Shown here: positions 57,101 to 64,000 of the stretch, piece by piece
How the letters are laid out: each line of letters starts with the position of its first letter
Numbering within the stretch: position 1 is the stretch's first letter
Origin: the human T2T-CHM13v2.0 reference genome, Homo sapiens
NCBI RefSeq assembly: GCF_009914755.1
Contig: NC_060935.1
Direction: 5' to 3' (one strand)
Length of the DNA: 64,000 nucleotides
The notes under the pieces: model-generated
The model's input: the letters and a program-made list of their open reading frames with translations, nothing else
The model's database searches: none
Told to the model about the DNA's origin: nothing
Made by a program: the position numbers and the translations under genes

Positions 57101-60100
57101 GCATTCTCAAAAACTACTTTGTGATGTTTGTGTTCCACTTCAAGAATTGAACTTTCCTCTTGACAGAGCAGTTCTGAAAACCTCTTTTTCTAGAATCTGC
57201 AAGTGGACATTTGGAGGGCTTTGAGGCCTGTGGTGGAAAAGGAAAATCTTCACATAAAAACTAGATGGAAGCATTCTCAGAAACTACTTTGTGATGATTG
57301 CATTCGACTCACAGAGTTGAACATTCCTATAGATAGAGCAGGTTGTAAACAATCTTTTTGTAGAATCTGCGATTGGAGATTCGGACTGCTTTGAGGCCTA
57401 CTGTAGTAAAGGAAATAACTTCATCTAAAAACCAAACGGAAGCATTCACAGACAATTCTTAGTGATCATTGCATTGAACTAACAGAGCTGAACATTCCTT
57501 TACATGGCGCAGTTTCCAAACACACTTTCTGTAGAATCTGCAAGTGGATATTTGGACCTCTCTGAGGATTTCGTTGGAAACGGGATAAACTTCCCAGAAC
57601 TACACGGAAGCATGCTGAGAAACTTCTTTGTGATGTTTGCATTCAACTCACAGAGTTGAACCTTGCTTTCATAGTTCAGCTTTCAAACACTTTTTTTGTA
57701 GAATCTGCAAGTGGATATTTGGACCACTTTGTGGCCTTCCTTCGAAACGGGTATATCTTCACATCAAACCTAGACAGAAGCATTCTCAGAATGTTTCCTG
57801 TGATGACTGCATTCAACTCACAGAGGTGAACAATCCTGCTGATGGAGGAGTTTTGAAACTCTCTTTCTTTGGATTCTGCAAGTGGATATGTGGACCTCTG
57901 TGAAGATTTCGTTGGAAACGGGTTCATCTTCACAGAAAAACTAAACAGAAGCATTCTCAGAAACTGCTTTGTGATGTTTGTGTTCCACTTCAGGAATTGA
58001 ACTTTCCTCTTGACAGAGCAGCTCTGAAACCCTCTTATTCTAGAATCTGCAAGTGGACATTTGGAGGGCTTTGAGGCCTGTGGTGGAAAAGGAAAATCTT
58101 CACATAAAAACTAGATGGAAGCATTCTCAGAAACTACTTTGTGATGATTGCATTCGACTCACAGAGTTGAACATTCCTATAGATAGAGCAGGTTGTAAAC
58201 AATCTTTTTCTAGAATCTGCTATTGGAGATTTGGACTCCTTTGAGGCCTACTGTAGTAAAGGAAATAACTTCATCTAAAAACCAAACGGAAGCATTCACA
58301 GACAATTCTCAGGATCATTGGATTGAACTAACAGAGCTGAACATTCCTTTAGATGGAGCAGTTTCCAAACACACTTTCTGTAGAATCTGCAAGTGGATAT
58401 TTGGACTTCTCTGAGAATTTCGTTGGAAAAGGGATAAACTTCCCAGAACTACACGGAAGCATTGTGAGAAACTTCTTTGTGATGTTTGCATTCAACTCAC
58501 AGAGTTGAACCTTGCTTTCATAGTTCAGCTTTCAAACACTCTTTTTGTAGAATCTGCAAGTGGATATTTGGACCACTTTGTGGCCTTCCTTCGAAACGGG
58601 TATATCTTCACATCAAACCTAGACAGAAGCATTCTCAGAATGTTTCCTGTGATGACTGCATTCAACTCACAGAGGTGAACAATCCTGTTGATGGAGCACT
58701 TTTGAAACTCTCTTTCTTTGGATTCTGCAAGTTGATATGTGGACCTCTGTGAAGATTTCGTTGGAAACGGGTTCATCTTCACAGAAAAACTAAACAGAAG
58801 CATTCTCAGAAACTACTTTGTGATGTTTGTGTTCCACTTCAAGAATTGAACTTTCCTCTTGACAGAGCAGCTCTGAAACCCTCTTTTTCTAGAATCTGCA
58901 AGTGGACATTTGGAGGGCTTTGAGGCCTGTGGTGGAAAAGGAAAATCTTCACATAAAAACTAGATGGAAGCATTCTCAGAAACTACTTTGTGATGATTGC
59001 ATTCGTCTCACAGAGTTGAACATTCCTATAGTTAGAGCAGGTTGTAAACAATCTTTTTGTAGAATCTGCGATTGGAGATTTGGACTGCTTGGAGGCCTAC
59101 TGTAGTAAAGTAAATAACTTCATCTAAAAACCAAACGGAAGCATTCACAGACAATTCTTAGTGATCATTGCATTGAACTAACAGAGCTGAACATTCCTTT
59201 AGATGGCGCAGTTTCCAAACACACTTTCTGTAGAATCTGCAAGTGGATATTTGGACCTCTCTGAGGATTTCGTTGGAAACCGGATAAACTTCCCAGAACT
59301 ACACGGAAGCACTGTGAGAAAATTCTTTGTGATGTTTGCATTCAACTCACAGAGTTGAACCTTGCTTTCATAGTTCAGCTTTCAAACACTCTTTTTGTAG
59401 AATCTGCAAGTGGATATTTGGACCACTTTGTGGCCTTCCTTCGAAACGGGTATATCTTCCCATCAAACCTAGACAGAAGCATTCTCAGAATGTTTCCTGT
59501 GATGACTGCATTCAACTCACAGAGGTGAACAATCCTGTTGATGGAGCACTTTTGAAACTCTCTTTCTTTGGATTCTGCAAGTTGATATGTGGACCTCTGT
59601 GAAGATTTCGTTGGAAACGGGTTCATCTTCACAGAAAAACTAAACAGAAGCATTCTCAGAAACTACTATGTGATGTTTGTGTTCCACTTCAAGAATTGAA
59701 CTTTCCTCTTGACAGAGGAGCTCTGAAACCCTCTTTTTCTAGAATCTGCAAGTGAACATTTGGAGGGCTTTGAGGCCTGTGGTGGAAAAGGAAAATCTTC
59801 ACATAAAAACTAGATGGAAGCATTCTCAGAAACTACTTTGTGATGATTGCATTCGACTCACAGAGTTGAACATTCCTATAGATAGAGCAGGTTGTAAACA
59901 ATCTTTTTGTAGAATCTGCGATTGGAGATTTGGACTGCTTTGAGGCCTACTGTAGTAAAGGAAATAACTTCATCTAAAAACCAAACGGAAGCATTCACAG
60001 ACAATTCTTAGTGATCATTGCATTGAACTAACAGAGCTGAACATTCCTTTAGATGGCGCAGTTTCCAAACACACTTTCTGTAGAATCTGCAAGTGGATAT

Positions 60101-62086
60101 TTGGACCTCTCTGAGGATTTCTTTAGAAAAGGGATAAACTTCCCAGAACTACACGGAAGCATGCTGAGAAACTTCTTTGTGATGTTTGCATTCAACTCAC
60201 AGAGTTGAACCTTGCTTTCATAGTTCAGCTTTCAAGCACTCTTTTTGTAGAATCTGCAAGTGGATATTTGGACCACTTTGTGGCCTTCCTTGAAACGGGT
60301 ATATCTTCACATCAAACCTAGACAGAAGCATTCTCAGAATGTTTCCTGTGATGACTGCATTCAACTCACAGAGGTGAACAATCCTGCTGATGGAGCAGTT
60401 TTGAAACTCTCTTTCTTTGGATTCTGCAAGTGGATATGTGGACCTCTGTGAAGATTTCGTTGGAAACGGGTTCATCTTCACAGAAAAACTAAACAGAAGC
60501 ATTCTCAGAAACTGCTTTGTGATGTTTGTGTTCCACTTCAGGAATTGAACTTTCCTCTTCACAGAGCAGCTCTGAAACCCTCTTATTCTAGAATCTGCAA
60601 GTGGACATTTGGAGGGCTTTGAGGCCTGTGGTGGAAAAGGAAAATCTTCACATAAAAACTAGATGGAAGCATTCTCAGAAACTACTTTGTGATGATTGCA
60701 TTCGACTCACAGAGTTGAACATTCCTATAGATAGAGCAGGTTGTAAACAATCTTTTTGTAGAAAATGCGATTGGAGATTTGGACTGCTTTGAGGCCTACT
60801 GTAGTAAAGGAAATAACTTCATCTAAAAACCAAACGGAAGCATTCACAGACAATTCTTAGTGATCATTGCACTGAACTAACAGAGCTGAACATTCCTTTA
60901 GATGGAGCAGTTTCCAAACCCACTTTCTGTAGAATCTGCAAGTGGATATTTGGACTTCTCTGAGGATTTCGTGGGAAACGGGATAAACTTCCCAGAACTA
61001 CACGGAAGCATTGTGAGAAACTTCTTTGTGATGTTTGCATTCAACTCACAGAGTTGAACCTTGCTTTCATAGTTCAGCTTTCAAACACTCTTTTTGTAGA
61101 ATCTGCAAGTGGATATTTGGACCACTTTGTGGCCTTCCTTCAAAACGGGTATATCTTCACATCAAACCTAGACAGAAGCATTCTCAGAATGTTTCCTGTG
61201 ATGACTGCATTCAACTCACAGAGGTGAACAATCCTGCTGATGGAGCAGTTTTGAAACTCTCTTTCTTTGGATTCTGCAAGTGGATATGTGGACCTCTGTG
61301 AAGATTTCGTTGGAAACGGGTTCATCTTCACAGAAAAACTAAACAGGAGCATTCTCAGAAACTGCTTTGTGATGTTTGTGTTCCACTTCAAGAATTGAAC
61401 TTTCCTCTTGACAGAGCAGCTCTGAAACCCTCTTTTACTAGAATCTGCAAGTGGACATTTGGAGGGCTTTGAGGCCTGTGGTGGAAAAGGAAAATCTTCA
61501 CATAAAAACTTTATGGAAGCATTCTCAGAAACTTCTTTGTGATGATTGCATTCGACTCACAGAGTTGAACATTCCTATAGATAGAGCAGGTTGTAAACAA
61601 TCTTTTTGTAGAATCTGCGATTGGAGATTTGGACTGCTTTGAGGCCTACTGTAGTAAAGGAAATTACTTCATCTAAAAACGAAACGGAAGCATTCACAGA
61701 CAATTCTTAGTGATCATTGGATTGAACTAACAGAGCTGAACATTCCTTTAGATGGAGCAGTTTCCAAACCCACTTTCTGTAGAATCTGCAAGTGGATATT
61801 TGGACTTCTCAGAGGATTTCGTTGGAAACGGGATAAACTTCCCAGAACTACACGGAAGCATTGTGAGAAACTTCTTTGTGATGTTTGCATTCAACTCACA
61901 GAGTTGAACCTTGTTTTCATAGTTCAGCTTTCAAACACTCTTTTTGTAGAATCTGCAAGTGGATATTTGGACCACTTTGTGGCCTTCCTTCGAAACGGGT
62001 ATACCTTCACATCAAACCTAGACAGAAACATTCTCAGAATGTTTCCTGTGATGACTGCATTCAACTCACAGAGGTGAACAATCCTG
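39150..62086 (+). repeat. Deletion-marked haplotype domain: doublet of a 13-HOR and a 14-HOR block
   Basis: Markers recur at +11046 (39793/50839 to 44457/55503), then at +11896 (44891/56787 to 49555/61451). All eight 1-bp deletions in the window fall here. Confidence 0.87.
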
Positions 62087-64000
62087 TTGATGGAGCACTT
62101 TTGAAACTCTCTTTCTTTGGATTCTGCAAGTTGATATGTGGACCTCTGTGAAGATTTCGTTGGAAACGGGTTCATCTTCACAGAAAAATTAAACAGAAGC
62201 ATTCTCAGAAACTACTTTGTGATGTTTGTGTTCCACTTCAAGAATTGAACTTTCCTCTTGACAGAGCAGCTCTGAAACCCTCTTTTTCTAGAATCTGCAA
62301 GTGGACATTTGGAGGGCTTTGAGGCCTGTGGTGGAAAAGGAAAATCTTCACATAAAAACTAGATGGAAGCATTCTCCGAAACTACTTTGTGATGATTGCA
62401 TTCGACTCACAGAGTTGAACATTCCTATAGATAGAGCAGGTTGTAAACAATCTTTTTGTAGAATCTGCGATTGGAGATTTGGACTGCTTTGAGGCCTACT
62501 GTAGTAAAGGAAATAACTTCATCTAAAAACCAAACGGAAGCATTCACAGACAATTCTTAGTGATCATTGCATTGAACTAACAGAGCTGAACATTCCTTTA
62601 GATGGAGCAGTTTCCAAACCCACTTTCTGTAGAATCTTCAAGTGGATATTTGGACTTCTCTGAGGATTTCGTTGGAAACGGGATAAACTTCCCAGAACTA
62701 CACGGAAGCATTGTGAGAAACTTCTTTGTGATGTTTGCATTCAACTCACAGAGTTGAACCTTGCTTTCATAGTTCAGCTTTCAAACACTCTTTTTGTAGA
62801 ATCTGCAAGTGGATATTTGGACCACTTTGTGGCCTTCCTTCGAAACGGGTATATCTTCCCATCAAACCTAGACAGAAGCATTCTCAGAATGTTTCCTGTG
62901 ATGACTGCATTCAACTCACAGAGGTGAACAATCCTGTTGATGGAGCACTTTTGAAACTCTCTTTCTTTGGATTCTGCAAGTTGATATGTGGACCTCTGTG
63001 AAGATTTCGTTGGAAACGGGTTCATCTTCACAGAAAAACTAAACAGAAGCATTCTCAGAAACTACTTTGTGATGTTTGTGTTCCACTTCTAGAATTGAAC
63101 TTTCCTCTTGACAGAGCAGCTCTGAAACCCTCTTTTTCTAGAATCTGCAAGTGGACATTTGGAGGGCTTTGAGGCCTGTGGTGGAAAAGGAAAATCTTCA
63201 CATAAAAACTAGATGGAAGCATTCTCAGAAACTACTTTGTGATGATTGCATTCGACTCACAGAGTTGAACATTCCTATAGATAGAGCAGGTTGTAAACAA
63301 TCTTTTTGTAGAATCTGCGATTGGAGATTTGGACTGCTTTGAGGCCTACTGTAGTAAAGGAAATAACTTCATCTAAAAACCAAACGGAAGCATTCACAGA
63401 CAATTCTTAGTGATCATTGCATTGAACTAACAGAGCTGAACATTCCTTTAGATGGCGCAGTTTCCAAACACACTTTCTGTAGAATGTGCAAGTGGATATT
63501 TGGAGCTCTCTGAGGATTTCGTTGGAAACGGGATAAACTTCCCAGAACTACACGGAAGCATGCTGAGAAACTTCTTTGTGATGTTTGCATTCAACTCACA
63601 GAGTTGAACCTTGCTTTCATAGTTCAGCTTTCAAACACTCTTTTTGTAGAATCTGCAAGTGGATATTTGGACCACTTTGTGGCCTTCCTTCGAAACGGGT
63701 ATATCTTCACATAAAACCTAGACAGAAGCATTCTCAGAATGTTTCCTGTGATGACTGCATTCAACTCACAGAGGTGAACAATCCTGCTGATGGAGCACTT
63801 TTGAAACTCTCTTTCTTTGGATTCTGCAAGTGGATATGTGGACCTCTGTGAAGATTTCGTTGGAAACGGGTTCATCTTCACAGAAAAACTAAACAGAAGC
63901 ATTCTCAGAAACTGCTTTGTGATGTTTGTGTTCCACTTCAGGAATTGAACTTTCCTCTTGACAGAGCAGCTCTGAAACCCTCTTATTCTAGAATCTGCAA

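Larger units (their letters stand above)
1..64000 (+). repeat. D11Z1: Alpha-satellite HOR array, 850-bp pentamer, SF3, most likely human chromosome 11 D11Z1 (S3C11H1L)
   Basis: Seen: alphoid motifs (CATTCTCAGAAAC, CATTCAACTCACAGAG, TAGAATCTGCAAGTGGATATTTGG) about every 170 bp, and an exact 850-bp period (ORF starts 259, 1109, 1959 ... 41059, then drifting by 8 single-base deletions to 63151). Established: a 5-monomer 0.85-kb XbaI HOR of SF3 is the D11Z1 hallmark, whereas DXZ1 is a 12-mer and D17Z1 a 16-mer. Alpha-satellite identity is essentially certain; the chromosome assignment is by recognition, not by search. Confidence 0.9.

Noticed and set aside
259-63902. Over 200 short ORFs (63-114 aa) repeating every 850 bp on both strands
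   Set aside because: They are chance open frames in satellite DNA, mostly with GTG/TTG-type starts. They overlap on opposite strands, are broken freely by stops and frameshifts, and resemble no protein family I recognise. I used them only as variant barcodes.
1-64000. CRISPR-like or other repeat-spacer system
   Set aside because: There are no unique spacers and no cas genes. The sequence between conserved motifs is itself repeated every 850 bp.
1-64000. L1, Alu or other mobile-element insertion, or hidden non-satellite island
   Set aside because: The 850-bp register is kept throughout apart from eight 1-bp deletions, which leaves no room for an insertion.
1-64000. Assignment to DXZ1, D17Z1 or the chromosome 1 SF3 array
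   Set aside because: Those SF3 arrays have 12-, 16- and 11-monomer HORs with clearly diverged internal pentamers. Here adjacent 850-bp units are nearly identical.

Overview
The whole 64 kb window is primate (human-type) centromeric alpha-satellite DNA. It is one uninterrupted, single-orientation array of ~75 copies of an 850-bp pentameric higher-order repeat (HOR; monomers of 170/171/168/170/171 bp, ~376 monomers). The A-A-B-B*-B box pattern, 5-mer period and one XbaI site per 850 bp point to suprachromosomal family 3, most likely the chromosome 11 array D11Z1. There are no genes, RNA genes, CRISPR arrays or transposon insertions, and every ORF in the track is a repeat artefact. I found no evidence of an undescribed protein-coding system. 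The information lies in the variant pattern: (i) a near-perfect 11-HOR (9,350 bp) tandem duplication with its breakpoint mappable to 35 bp; (ii) 4- and 7-HOR offset duplications; (iii) a distinct right-hand haplotype domain (~39-62 kb) marked by two recurring 1-bp deletions, built as a 13/14-HOR doublet, in which one of the two CENP-B boxes per HOR is broken in 14 of 25 units while the other stays intact. All variant calls and counts were made by eye and need alignment to confirm.
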